Shown here piece after piece: positions 17,334 to 28,089 of a stretch of 64,000 bases of DNA. The stretch is from Acidobacteriota bacterium. Lineage in GTDB: Bacteria > Acidobacteriota > Terriglobia > 20CM-2-55-15. Numbering within the stretch: position 1 is the stretch's first letter; each line of letters opens with the position of its first letter. The notes beneath the pieces are model-generated. The model saw only the letters and a program-made list of their open reading frames with translations. It had not been told where the DNA came from and searched no databases. The translations under genes and the position numbers were made by a program. The DNA is taken from positions 35,388 to 99,387 of the forward strand of contig QHWY01000081.1 in the NCBI GenBank assembly GCA_003223875.1, in the 5' to 3' direction.

Positions 17334-18394
17334 ATGTCCGATATCTCACAGTAGCGCTCTTGACGGCTCTAACGCTCGGCGCCGGTTGCGTGCGCCACGC
17401 CATAACCCAAGACTTCGGTCTTTCCGGAATCGCTTCACCGCGTGCGAAACGCCCGGCAGCACAGGCGATCGACACTCCGTTGCGTGCCGTGTTCAAACGG
17501 CAGATCCAGGGAGCATTCAATCCTCTCAGTGATGACGCGCGTGTTCAGGCGCTCGAAACCCGGTTGAAGTCGAACCCTCAAGATGCCGCGGCCCGATTGG
17601 AACTCGGCGGCGTTTATGAAATTTACAAGCTTTACGACAACGCGTTCGAGCAGTACCGGCAAGCGTTACAGTTATCGCTCTCCGATGGCGCTGCCGCTGA
17701 ACAGGCTATCGCCGGATTGTCGCGTTCGGCACGCGCATCGCGCCGGGCTCAAGAGGCGATCGGTCCAGTGGAGACTCTCCTCCAGCAGCGTCCCTCCACC
17801 GCGTCCTGGATTGAATTGGGACTTCTATATCAAGCCGTAAGCGATCTCGGCAAAGCTGAAATTGCATTCGCCGAAGCCGTGACTCTCGATCCGGAATCCG
17901 ATCGGGCTTATAACAATCTTGGCTACAATCTTCTCCTCGAAAATAAGATTGAAGCCGCCGAGGCCGAACTTCGCAGGGCACTCGAGCTGAATCCTTCATC
18001 AACAACAGCTCGAAATAATCTCGGCACAGTGCTCGCCCGGCGCGGAGACTTCGAAGGGGCGCTCCAAGAATTCCAACTCGCTGCCGACGTGGCCACCGCT
18101 CACAACAACCTTGCGGTTGTTCTCCTGGAGATGGGTCAGTACGAACGAAGCCGGGAAGAATTGGTCAAAGCTTTGGCGATTCGCCGTTACTTTGCGCCAG
18201 CGCTGGCGAATTTCAAGCTGGTGCAAGAACGCATCCGCGAACGGACAGAACTGCAAAAGGTCGGACGCTTGCCCTTGAGCGCGGTGCGAGTGCCGTCAGC
18301 GATTGTTGCAGAAGCGGGGCCGACTGCAGCCGACCCTCCCTCTGCGGATCAGCGAGAAATTTCCACACAAAAAGACTCTGAGGATAAACCATGA
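17330..18394 (+). CDS. TPR lipoprotein (TadD/pilotin-like)
   Basis: Lipobox-like LGAGC; AYNNLG/ARNNLG/AHNNLA TPRs; Tad context. Confidence 0.8.
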   Translation: MNVRYLTVALLTALTLGAGCVRHAITQDFGLSGIASPRAKRPAAQAIDTPLRAVFKRQIQGAFNPLSDDARVQALETRLKSNPQDAAARLELGGVYEIYKLYDNAFEQYRQALQLSLSDGAAAEQAIAGLSRSARASRRAQEAIGPVETLLQQRPSTASWIELGLLYQAVSDLGKAEIAFAEAVTLDPESDRAYNNLGYNLLLENKIEAAEAELRRALELNPSSTTARNNLGTVLARRGDFEGALQEFQLAADVATAHNNLAVVLLEMGQYERSREELVKALAIRRYFAPALANFKLVQERIRERTELQKVGRLPLSAVRVPSAIVAEAGPTAADPPSADQREISTQKDSEDKP

Positions 18395-18573
18395 AGAAAT
18401 TTTTTATTCGTCTTTGGACACAAACGGAAGGCCAGGACCTGGTCGAGTATGCTTTGATCGTCGCGACGATAGCGCTTGGGCTTATTTCAGTCGTCGGGCA
18501 GATCGCCACTGCACTCAGCACCGTCTACGCAAATATCGTAGGCTCGATTGGTACGTTCGGGACCGCGCAATAA
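18391..18573 (+). CDS. flp: Flp family type IVc major pilin
   Basis: EGQDLVEYALI Flp motif, 60 aa. Confidence 0.95.
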   Translation: MKKFFIRLWTQTEGQDLVEYALIVATIALGLISVVGQIATALSTVYANIVGSIGTFGTAQ

Positions 18574-18580
18574 GTAGAAC

Positions 18581-20125
18581 ATGGATGCTTACTCGCAGGC
18601 TATCTACCAGCTGGACTCTTCTCCTACGTTCAAGGCCGAACGGACCGGAGTAACTTCGCTTGCGGTTTGGCTCCTCCCCAACTTTGTTGGCGTCGTATTT
18701 ACGTTGACCCTCTTCGAGGTGTTGTTTCTCTCCGCCGGTATCCCACGGCTATTTTACGACAGCGACATGGGATGGCACGTGCGCAACGGCGAAGCCATTC
18801 TCCGCACGGCCGCCGTTCCCCGAGCCGATCACTTTTCGTATACGCGTGAGGGCGCGCCTTGGTTCGCATGGGAGTGGCTGTCGGATGCCGGCTTTGGCGC
18901 TTTGCATCGCCTCGCCGGACTTTCCGGTGTTGCTCTGATCGCTGCGCTGACCATTGCTCTGACTGCGGCTGGGGCGGCACACCTGGCTCTTTCCATGGGC
19001 GGCAATCTGTTCTTCACCGCCTTTGCCACCGTCTTGCTGCTGGGCACCACCAGCATCCACTGGTTCGCGCGTCCCCACGTTTTTTCATGGATTCTGGCAT
19101 TAGCGTTTCTGGCCGCGGTTGAACGGGAGCGACGCAAACCGAGCGCGACTTTATACGCGCTGCCTCTGCTTGCGGCTCTTTGGGCCAATCTGCACGGCAG
19201 TTTCTTGCTGGGTCCCGTCATTGTTTTCATATATGCCATCGGTGAGTGGCTCGCCAGGCGGAGCGGCTTGCGGTTCGCCGTGACGTCGCTGGCATGTCTG
19301 CTGGCAACCTTTATTAGTCCGTACGGCTGGCGCCTGCATGAACACATTCTTGCTTATCTGCAGAATGACTATTTGATGGATCACATCGTCGAATTCCGGA
19401 GCTTCAGTTTTCACGCGCCCGGCGCATTGTACGTCGAACTGCTCCTGGCGGTGGGCGCCATTGGAACGATAGCGCTTTTCAAGCAGCGCGCATTTGGTCC
19501 CGCGCTGTTGAGTGTGGGAATGCTGCATCTCTCCTTATATTCCGCGCGCCACCTGGCGACTGCGGCTGTTCTTCTATTACCTCTTTCGGTTACCGCTTTG
19601 ACGCGCGAGGCGAGAACGTGGCCGGCCCTCCGCCGTTTCCTGGATTATTCCGACCGCCTGCGCGCCATCGATATCCGAATCTACGGCGTCGTTCCAATCG
19701 TCCTGGTGCTCGCATTGACTCTCGTTGGCGTGAATGCTCTTGCCCGCGCCGGTCGAGTGGGATTTGATCCCGGAACATTCCCTGTCCGCGCTGCCGACTT
19801 TCTCGAGCAAAGGAACAGGGAAAGCAACGGCTTGGGCCGTGTGTTCGCGAAAGATCAATGGAACGGATATCTGATTTACCGCTTTGACGGCCGCTTGAAG
19901 GTCTTCCTTGATGGCCGCAGCGATTTCTATGGCCAAAACATGTTGGAAAGTTACGCCCAAATCGTTGAAGTCCGGCCGGCATGGGAAGCGATGCTCCAAC
20001 AGTACGATGTCCGGTTTGTTCTCGTGGCACCGGATAATGCTTTGGCGTCTGCGCTTCGACTGAGCCGAGCTTGGAAGCGCATCTATTCGGATCCGGTCGC
20101 TGCGGTCTACGAAAGGATAAGCTGA
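18581..20125 (+). CDS. polytopic membrane protein, probable GT-C fold glycosyltransferase
   Basis: Many TM segments; DSDMGWH after TM1, WEWLSD, RPHVFS, LWANLHGSF, soluble C-terminal domain with FLDGRSDFYG. Confidence 0.65.
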   Translation: MDAYSQAIYQLDSSPTFKAERTGVTSLAVWLLPNFVGVVFTLTLFEVLFLSAGIPRLFYDSDMGWHVRNGEAILRTAAVPRADHFSYTREGAPWFAWEWLSDAGFGALHRLAGLSGVALIAALTIALTAAGAAHLALSMGGNLFFTAFATVLLLGTTSIHWFARPHVFSWILALAFLAAVERERRKPSATLYALPLLAALWANLHGSFLLGPVIVFIYAIGEWLARRSGLRFAVTSLACLLATFISPYGWRLHEHILAYLQNDYLMDHIVEFRSFSFHAPGALYVELLLAVGAIGTIALFKQRAFGPALLSVGMLHLSLYSARHLATAAVLLLPLSVTALTREARTWPALRRFLDYSDRLRAIDIRIYGVVPIVLVLALTLVGVNALARAGRVGFDPGTFPVRAADFLEQRNRESNGLGRVFAKDQWNGYLIYRFDGRLKVFLDGRSDFYGQNMLESYAQIVEVRPAWEAMLQQYDVRFVLVAPDNALASALRLSRAWKRIYSDPVAAVYERIS

Positions 20126-20127
20126 AC

Positions 20128-20652
20128 ATGCCCGCGGTGATGGTGATGGGATTGGTTGTATTGGTCACGCTTGCCGCATGGAGTGATCTTCGTAGCCGGC
20201 GGATTCCGAATTCGATTACCGTTACCGGGGCCGCGGTAGGACTTCTGTTACACGTTTTCTACGGGAGTGTGTCGGGAGCCATGCAATCGCTGGCCGGGGC
20301 CGCGTTCGGACTCGCCATTTTTCTCGTATTCTATATTGCCGGCGGGATGGGCGCCGGGGACGTGAAGTTGTTTGGCGCGGTGGGCACATTCGCCGGGCCG
20401 CAGGGCATGATTATCGTATTTGTCGTCACTGCGCTGCTGGGCGGAATCGCAGCACTGGCTTTGGTATTGTGGCACGGACGCCTCGGCGCAACGCTCGTTC
20501 GGATGGGTGGAATGTTGATTGGTATGGGCCGGCTCCGCTTCGGTGAATTGCGAGCGGCGGCAGCATCGCCCGAATCGTTGCGCCTGCCTTACGGCGCCGT
20601 CATCGCCGGCGGCACGCTGTTGTTTCTCGCGGTGTGGCGATTCCCCTCCTAA
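20128..20652 (+). CDS. cpaA: A24 prepilin peptidase CpaA/TadV
   Basis: SDLRSRRIPN, GGMGAGDVKL, LPYGAVIAGG. Confidence 0.93.
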   Translation: MPAVMVMGLVVLVTLAAWSDLRSRRIPNSITVTGAAVGLLLHVFYGSVSGAMQSLAGAAFGLAIFLVFYIAGGMGAGDVKLFGAVGTFAGPQGMIIVFVVTALLGGIAALALVLWHGRLGATLVRMGGMLIGMGRLRFGELRAAAASPESLRLPYGAVIAGGTLLFLAVWRFPS

Positions 20653-20751
20653 GTTAGGAGGGGTGCCGAGCGAACAAAGTGAGCGAGGCGGGGTGGTTCG
20701 CTCAGGAACCTCCCTGGCGCTTCGCGCCACCCCTCCTAACTTAGGAGGGGA
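20642..20751. repeat. CCCCTCC..GGAGGGG palindromic element copy 3 (supplies the cpaA stop codon)
   Basis: TCCCCTCCTAAGTTAGGAGGGG / CCCCTCCTAACTTAGGAGGGGA inverted ends. Confidence 0.88.
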
Positions 20752-20766
20752 GCTGGATGAGATCGT

Positions 20767-21618
20767 ATGCAGCGTCATCGTGTACTCGTTGCTTTTGGAA
20801 TTGCATGGCTGACCGCCCTGCTGTTGAGCTGGTGGGTTTATAAAAAGACCACAGCGCCACAGGCTCGGGATGTCATCTCGGTTGCAGCGGCCGCGCACGA
20901 TTTAGCAATCGGCAAGCGCATTCAAACCGACGATCTGAAAATGGTCACGCTCGATCGCAAGGACTTGCCTCGCGGTGTATTTGTGAAGGCGAGCGATGTT
21001 GTGGACCGCGCCGTGGCGGTTCCAATCTTTGCCGGCGAGATTGTGTTGAACGGCAAGCTGGCCGCCAAGGGAAGCGGTGAGGGACTGACCGCGCTTATCG
21101 AGCCGGGTATGCGCGCCGTCTCTGTGCAGGTGAATGAAATTTCGGGTGTATCGGGGTTCATCCAGCCGGGTACCCGCGTTGATGTGCTGTTCACGCGCAC
21201 CTTCTCGAATGGTGATGCGGCTACGACAACGATTCTCCAGAACATTAAAGTCGTCGCCTACGGCAGGCAGCTCGATGCCTCGGCGAAGTTAGAGTCGCGT
21301 GATACAACGCGCCCCACTGTCGCGACGTTGCTGGTCACACAGGAAGAGGCGCAAAAGGTGGTATTGGCCCAGCAGCGCGGACGCATTCAGCTCGTGCTGC
21401 GAAATGGTTTGGATGATAAGGTCGACGAATTTTCCGATCCCATTGCAGCGGCTGATCTCGGAATCGAGGAACCTCGCAAGCCTCAACCGCCGCCCGTCCG
21501 ACCGGTTCCTCCTCCGGATCCCGTCGTTCGTCCCTCGAAAGCCGCGAAGGCGGATGAGGATGCGCACACGGTCCGGATATATCGAGGGGACAAAATGACC
21601 GAGGAAAAGGTCAAATGA
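20767..21618 (+). CDS. cpaB: Flp pilus assembly protein CpaB/RcpC
   Basis: SAF domain; PGMRAVSVQVNEISGVSGFIQPGTRVDV; ATLLVT; LVLRN. Confidence 0.95.
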   Translation: MQRHRVLVAFGIAWLTALLLSWWVYKKTTAPQARDVISVAAAAHDLAIGKRIQTDDLKMVTLDRKDLPRGVFVKASDVVDRAVAVPIFAGEIVLNGKLAAKGSGEGLTALIEPGMRAVSVQVNEISGVSGFIQPGTRVDVLFTRTFSNGDAATTTILQNIKVVAYGRQLDASAKLESRDTTRPTVATLLVTQEEAQKVVLAQQRGRIQLVLRNGLDDKVDEFSDPIAAADLGIEEPRKPQPPPVRPVPPPDPVVRPSKAAKADEDAHTVRIYRGDKMTEEKVK

Positions 21619-23156
21619 AGTTTCCAACTGTATCGGCGGTCCGCGAAGGGCAAGCGCGACAGCGCGCAGCCTCGAGAGATGACCGCAGGCGCCATCTAAA
21701 CTGCTGGACGGTCGGCGCTCATAGAGCGCCGCGACAGTTTATGCGCTCATTCGCAATAGGTTTGGCCGTGCTGATTCTGGTCGGCATCATCGGACCGAGC
21801 ATCCGCGCTCAGGAACCTCCCCAACCCCCCAGGCTGGCGACGCCTCTTCCGGCGCGGGCGATGACGCTTACGGTCGGCCGCGGCGAGTTGCTGCAGTTTC
21901 CCGATGCCACGTCTCGCGTTTCGGTTTCCGATCCAGGGATTGCGGATGCGGTTGTCGTTTCGCCCAACGATGTCGTGTTGAACGGCAAGGCGCCCGGAAA
22001 CACAACCATCATGATTTGGCATGGCGATAACGTATCGCCTTACAACATCACAGTCGAACCGGATCTGAGTGAAATCCAAAAGCAGTTGCGGGCCACTTTT
22101 CCCAGCGAGCAAATCGAAGTCTCGAGCAGTAAGGACGCCATTCTTCTCACCGGTGTGGTGAGCGATGCGGAGATCGCAAAGCAAGCAGGATCGATTGCCG
22201 CCCTACACGCGAAATCCGTTGTGAACCTGCTTCAATCGCCGCCGCCCGATAATCGCCAGGTGATGCTGCAAGTCAAGTTCGCGACGGTGGACCGCACGAC
22301 TCTCAGCCAGTTCGGAGCAAACTTCTTCAGCGTGAATAACAGGCTCGTCGGCTCCGCAACAACGCAGCAATTCCAGTTTCCACGAATTGGGCAATTGCAG
22401 TTCTCCCAGGGGCCAAACGGCCAGCCGCAATTGGGTAACGAGACCGTTACCGTAGCCGACCTGTTGAACTTGTTTGCATTCCGGCCCGATCTGAATTTCG
22501 GAGCGACGCTGCGTTTGCTTCAAAGCCAGAATCTTCTGGAGATTCTCGCGGAACCCAACTTGATTACCGTCAGCGGGCGCGAAGCCAGTTTTCTGGCTGG
22601 GGGAGAATTTCCTTTCCCCGTGATCACGAACACCGGAACCGGAGCGCAAGCGGCTCCGGTCGTCACGATTCAGTTCAGGCCGTTCGGCGTACGCCTGGTG
22701 TTTACACCGACGGTTGAACCGAACGGATTGATCCATTTGAAGGTACGGCCCGAAGTGAGCTCGTTGGATTTTTCGAATGCGCTCACGATTCAAGGATTTC
22801 TCATTCCGGCCATAAGCTCGCGAACCGCGGAAACCGAGGTCGAGCTGCGTGAAGGCGAAAGTTTTGCCATCGCGGGGCTGATCGATAATCGCGTCACTCA
22901 AATCGTGAGCAAGCTGCCCGGTATCGGAGACATGCCGATCATCGGCCATCTCTTCCGGACTCGCAGCAACCAGAAAGCAAATACAGAACTGCTGGTGCTG
23001 ATTACGCCGAATTTCGTCAGACCCTTCGCTCCCGGTGAAACACCTCCATTGCCGCAGTTCCCGGAAGGCTTCCTTGGAGACCGTAGCGTTGAAAGCGGGG
23101 CAACGCCGGCGTTCATCGGGCCTCGGGGAACAGAGTCTTCCGGAGGGAAGCCGTGA
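21615..23156 (+). CDS. cpaC: Tad secretin CpaC/RcpA (N-terminus contains an in-frame repeat; alternative start 21741)
   Basis: QVMLQVKFA, ILAEPNL, ASFLAGGEFP, FGVRL, KLPGIGDMPIIGHLFR, TELLVLITP. Confidence 0.95.
   Translation: MKFPTVSAVREGQARQRAASRDDRRRHLNCWTVGAHRAPRQFMRSFAIGLAVLILVGIIGPSIRAQEPPQPPRLATPLPARAMTLTVGRGELLQFPDATSRVSVSDPGIADAVVVSPNDVVLNGKAPGNTTIMIWHGDNVSPYNITVEPDLSEIQKQLRATFPSEQIEVSSSKDAILLTGVVSDAEIAKQAGSIAALHAKSVVNLLQSPPPDNRQVMLQVKFATVDRTTLSQFGANFFSVNNRLVGSATTQQFQFPRIGQLQFSQGPNGQPQLGNETVTVADLLNLFAFRPDLNFGATLRLLQSQNLLEILAEPNLITVSGREASFLAGGEFPFPVITNTGTGAQAAPVVTIQFRPFGVRLVFTPTVEPNGLIHLKVRPEVSSLDFSNALTIQGFLIPAISSRTAETEVELREGESFAIAGLIDNRVTQIVSKLPGIGDMPIIGHLFRTRSNQKANTELLVLITPNFVRPFAPGETPPLPQFPEGFLGDRSVESGATPAFIGPRGTESSGGKP
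21626..21739. repeat. 114-bp REP-doublet-like element inside the 5' end of cpaC
   Basis: Imperfect inverted ends AACTGTATCGGCGGTC / GAGCGCCGCGACAGTT; shares the GGCGCTCATAGAGCGCC hairpin with the REP cargo of the 108-bp MITE. Confidence 0.7.
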
Positions 23157-24466
23157 GGTTTGGGCCAACGGAGCGGGGAGCTACGACGCTCTATTTCCTG
23201 CTATTGACGACCGTCGCGCTCGGCCTGATGGTCATGGCCGTAGATTTCGGCCGCTTCTCCCTCATTCAGGCGGAATTGCAAACCGCGGCCGATGCCGCTG
23301 CGCTGGCCGCAGCAACGCGCCTGACGGGAACGATGTCGAGTACCGAGCAGGCGGATCTCGAATGGAACGCTTCGTTTAACGACGCGACGCAAAACGACAA
23401 TCGTTTCAATCTGCGTTTGAACCAGGTCCTGTCCAGCTCAAATCTGTTTGTCGAAACTACAGAGTCTTACTTCTCTACCCTGGCAGACGCTTTTGGGAAT
23501 ACAGGCGGCGGCCAAACGGGAGGCATCGACTGGGGAAGCCTCGCGTATCCGAAATTCTCGAGAATTCAGATCTCGGCCCAGGCGCCGGTCGTGTTTGCTC
23601 CATTTCTGAACCGCGATCCCGGCGCACTGCCGACAATAACGGTTTCGGCAATTGCAGGGCTGAGCGCTCCATTGTGTGTCGCTTCAGGAATCGACGATCT
23701 TGCCATTGTCGATCCAAGCATGGGAGCAGACTCCGATCACTTCGGACTCGTACCCGGAAACTATTACACGTTGTCTCTGTCGTCAACGCAGGCCCCGCTC
23801 GAGAGCACGGATTCGACGATCGCATACGTCATACTGGATCACTTTCCAAATGGCGTGCAGGATACGGGCCTGCTGGATGACTTGCTCTTCGAATTAGGCG
23901 CGGCGAGCATCTCTACAAACGCCGGATTGGATCCGCCGGGCACGATCACGATTGGCAATATCGGAGTCGCTTACGGAAGTCCGAATAGTGTCGCCACGAC
24001 GGTTTTTCAGGACACCACCAATACGGCGAGCCAGGACATTCTTTGTGGCCTCAATGTTCGTTTTGGCATGGATCCATCGCTGAACGATGCGTGTAATACC
24101 GGAAACCGGCTCGACTTTCCGTCGTTGTTTTCGAGGTTTCAGGCAGCCGCAGATACCGATATCGGTATGGTCGCCTCCGGCAGCGCCGGACTGCAGGATT
24201 TCGCCGTGGACTACTGCCAGGAGGGCGTATGCAACTTTCGCCGCATACTAACACTTTCAGTAGTGGACGCCGCGGACACGCTGACAGTTCTGAACTTCCG
24301 CCAATTCCTTTTGGAACCGTCAACCGTTTCTCAGGGTTTAGATCCAACGGCGGCGAACGGATCGTTCCGCGCGCAATACATCGGAACACCGGTGCCGGTT
24401 CGATCCGGGGCACTGGGGGGTTCCTGTGGCGTGTCCGTCGGAATCGGAAGGGTGGTGTTGCATTAG
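23153..24466 (+). CDS. tadG: TadG-like minor pilin/tip protein
   Basis: ERGA + TM + AVDFGR..ELQTAADAAALAAA. Confidence 0.85.
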   Translation: MRFGPTERGATTLYFLLLTTVALGLMVMAVDFGRFSLIQAELQTAADAAALAAATRLTGTMSSTEQADLEWNASFNDATQNDNRFNLRLNQVLSSSNLFVETTESYFSTLADAFGNTGGGQTGGIDWGSLAYPKFSRIQISAQAPVVFAPFLNRDPGALPTITVSAIAGLSAPLCVASGIDDLAIVDPSMGADSDHFGLVPGNYYTLSLSSTQAPLESTDSTIAYVILDHFPNGVQDTGLLDDLLFELGAASISTNAGLDPPGTITIGNIGVAYGSPNSVATTVFQDTTNTASQDILCGLNVRFGMDPSLNDACNTGNRLDFPSLFSRFQAAADTDIGMVASGSAGLQDFAVDYCQEGVCNFRRILTLSVVDAADTLTVLNFRQFLLEPSTVSQGLDPTAANGSFRAQYIGTPVPVRSGALGGSCGVSVGIGRVVLH

Positions 24467-24980
24467 GTATAGGTCACAGCGCGGCCAAGCCGTCCTAGAA
24501 CTTGCTATTCAGATTCCGCTCTTGATGGTCATCCTGGCCGGCGGAGTCCAGTTCGCGCGCGTCTTTTACACCTATCATACGCTGGAAAAAGCGTTGCGCG
24601 GCGGCGCGGCTTTGATCGCGCGGGCAAGCAACGTGAATTACTGCGACCCCGGAGATCCAGCCATCGTCGGCGCCAAGAATTTCATTGTGTACGGAAATCT
24701 CCAAGGCTTGGGAACAGAAATCATGCCCGGCTTGGCCGATCTGATTCAGATCATACCCGAGCGCCAAAGTGCCGGCACCACGGAGGTCACACCATGTGCG
24801 TGCGGCGCGGGTGGCAGCGCCGATGTGGATAGCTGCGAGAACCCCGGAGGCGGCCGCGCGCCGGATTTTGTCGTGGTGAATCTCGGTAGTGGTTACCCGC
24901 TTCAGTTGCTGTTCCCATACGTGAGTTTGGGAACGATCGATTTACGGGTTTCGGTTCGAATGCCGGTCACAGGTGGTTGA
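24426..24980 (+). CDS. tadE: TadE-like pseudopilin (start uncertain)
   Basis: QRGQAVLELA..P + TM + LEKALRGGAA. Confidence 0.85.
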   Translation: MACPSESEGWCCIRYRSQRGQAVLELAIQIPLLMVILAGGVQFARVFYTYHTLEKALRGGAALIARASNVNYCDPGDPAIVGAKNFIVYGNLQGLGTEIMPGLADLIQIIPERQSAGTTEVTPCACGAGGSADVDSCENPGGGRAPDFVVVNLGSGYPLQLLFPYVSLGTIDLRVSVRMPVTGG

Positions 24981-25510
24981 AAATGTCTTTTCCCGGATTT
25001 CGCCCAATGCGGGGTCAAGCCACCGTCGAAATGGCGCTCGTGCTCCTATTTGGGATATTGCCGCTCACTTTTGGGCTGATCGCTTTTTTGGAAGCTGCCT
25101 GGACGTATCACGGGCTTGTCGCACTGACGCGGCTGGGAGCGCGCTACGCTGCCACCCACTGTTTTCAGGATTCTTCGGGCCAGAACGTTGTATCGTGGCT
25201 GACGGACCTGAACAATCCCTCGCTGCCGCTGTTTCCCGATAGGCAAAAAGTGGCCACCGGAGGGATACAGATCACGGTGCAATATTGGACGCATGATCCG
25301 GACCTGGGAAGCATTCCCGTTTCCTGCAACGCAAGCTGTAATGCCGAGTGTGTCCCCGATTCGGTCACCGTCAGCGTTGCTACGAGCGATCCGAATACAT
25401 ATGGGTTCAACCGCCTTCTGACGGGTCTCCTTTTGCCGGCGATCCAGCCTCCGTCGTTTTCCACGACGGTGCCGATGGAGAGCGGAGTCGATCCGGATAC
25501 GACTCGGTAA
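24977..25510 (+). CDS. TadE/TadF-like pseudopilin
   Basis: RGQATVEMALV + TM + TRLGARYAA. Confidence 0.85.
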   Translation: MKMSFPGFRPMRGQATVEMALVLLFGILPLTFGLIAFLEAAWTYHGLVALTRLGARYAATHCFQDSSGQNVVSWLTDLNNPSLPLFPDRQKVATGGIQITVQYWTHDPDLGSIPVSCNASCNAECVPDSVTVSVATSDPNTYGFNRLLTGLLLPAIQPPSFSTTVPMESGVDPDTTR

Positions 25511-25522
25511 TTTTGAGGAATT

Positions 25523-26692
25523 ATGGCTATTCAATTGATCGTCGCGAGCCCCGAACTCCGCTTTCATGATTTCGTCCGCGAGCAGCTCGTGCGCACGCCG
25601 AATGCGGAAATCGTCAGCGAGCATGAAGACATGGGGCCGAATCTGCCCATGCGTATCGCCCACGATCTGAACATCTATCCCCAGGCCGGAGTGTTGCTGG
25701 ACGTCTCATCGGACTCTGAACAAGGCCTTCGCGTTCTTGAACAGATGAGACAGTCGTCTCCATCAATGTACGCGATTCTTTCCGGTGCGCAGTTAAGCGA
25801 AGAGTTCCTGCTGCGCGCGATGCGCATGGGCGGCTCGGACTTCCTGCAACAACCATTGAAGCGTGCTGAATTCAATGACGCCATGACTCGCCTGGAAGAA
25901 CATCTGCAGCGCATGCACCGCCAGGGCCGGCAGTTTGGCCGGATGTACACGTTCCTTGGAGTCAAAGGCGGCATGGGAACCACTACAGCCGCCGTGAATT
26001 TTGCGGCGCTTTGCGCGCGGGAAAACAAGTCGACGGTGCTCGTGGACTTGGATATGGATTCCGGTGACGCGGCCTGCTACCTCGGTTTACGTCATCAATA
26101 CTCGCTGGCCGACGTCGTCGACAATTTGGATCAACTGGATCAGGCGATGCTCGATGGGATCGTGGCTCGCGATCCGCTTGGTTTTTCCGTCTTGTGCGCG
26201 CCCACCGAATTCGAGAGATCGCAAATGATTGGAGAACAACATTTGCGCGAAATCGGCACATTCTTGATCGAACGGCACGATGTCGTCATTGTCGATGGCT
26301 CGCGCGCCTTGGACCCGCTGCTGCTCGGCTGTCTTGAACTATCAGACTCGATTTTTGTCGTGCTGACTCAGGAGTTTCCCGCCGTGCGCAACGCGCAACA
26401 TTACCTGGGCGCGCTTGCTCGCGCGGGCTATGGTCATGAAGCGGTGAAATTGATCGTAAACCGCCATGACAAGCGCGACAACCTTCACGTCAGCCTTCCG
26501 CAGTTGCAGCAGACGCTGGGCGGGGCTCCTTTCTGGGTGCTGCCGAACCGCTACGAAGAAGCGATGGAGGCGATACACGAAGCGCGTCCCGTCGTGACCC
26601 GCGGAAACACGGATCTGGGCCGTGCTTATAGGGAATTTGGCAAAAAGTTCGGTGTCGAAGGCCAGGTGGCCGCGGCACTCCAGAAGAAGTGA
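25523..26692 (+). CDS. cpaE: CpaE/TadZ (receiver-like plus ParA/MinD domain)
   Basis: LRAMRMGGSDFL; GVKGGMGTTTAAVNFA; LVDLD; LIVNR. Confidence 0.92.
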   Translation: MAIQLIVASPELRFHDFVREQLVRTPNAEIVSEHEDMGPNLPMRIAHDLNIYPQAGVLLDVSSDSEQGLRVLEQMRQSSPSMYAILSGAQLSEEFLLRAMRMGGSDFLQQPLKRAEFNDAMTRLEEHLQRMHRQGRQFGRMYTFLGVKGGMGTTTAAVNFAALCARENKSTVLVDLDMDSGDAACYLGLRHQYSLADVVDNLDQLDQAMLDGIVARDPLGFSVLCAPTEFERSQMIGEQHLREIGTFLIERHDVVIVDGSRALDPLLLGCLELSDSIFVVLTQEFPAVRNAQHYLGALARAGYGHEAVKLIVNRHDKRDNLHVSLPQLQQTLGGAPFWVLPNRYEEAMEAIHEARPVVTRGNTDLGRAYREFGKKFGVEGQVAAALQKK

Positions 26693-26695
26693 TCT

Positions 26696-27972
<1,277 letters not shown>

Positions 27973-27976
<4 letters not shown>

Positions 27977-28089
27977 ATCAGATGAAAGCTTACGCCCTGG
28001 GCTATTTTCTCGCGCCGCTTCGCGGCTGGGCTAATCTCTTCCCGCCGCTTCGCGACGTCTTCGCGGCTGCCGCAACAATCGTCGCATGA
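27973..28089 (+). other. repeat-derived 38-aa mini-ORF bridging cpaF and tadB
   Basis: ATGA overlaps at both ends; contains GCTTACGCCCTGGGCTA..GCCGCTTCGCGGCT, related to 12731-12949. Confidence 0.6.

Noticed and set aside
22203-23168. Long antisense ORFs (e.g. 22203-23168, 28650-29486, 47670-48350) and off-frame ORFs (e.g. 55026-55835)
   Set aside because: Shadows of well-supported genes, expected in GC-rich DNA.
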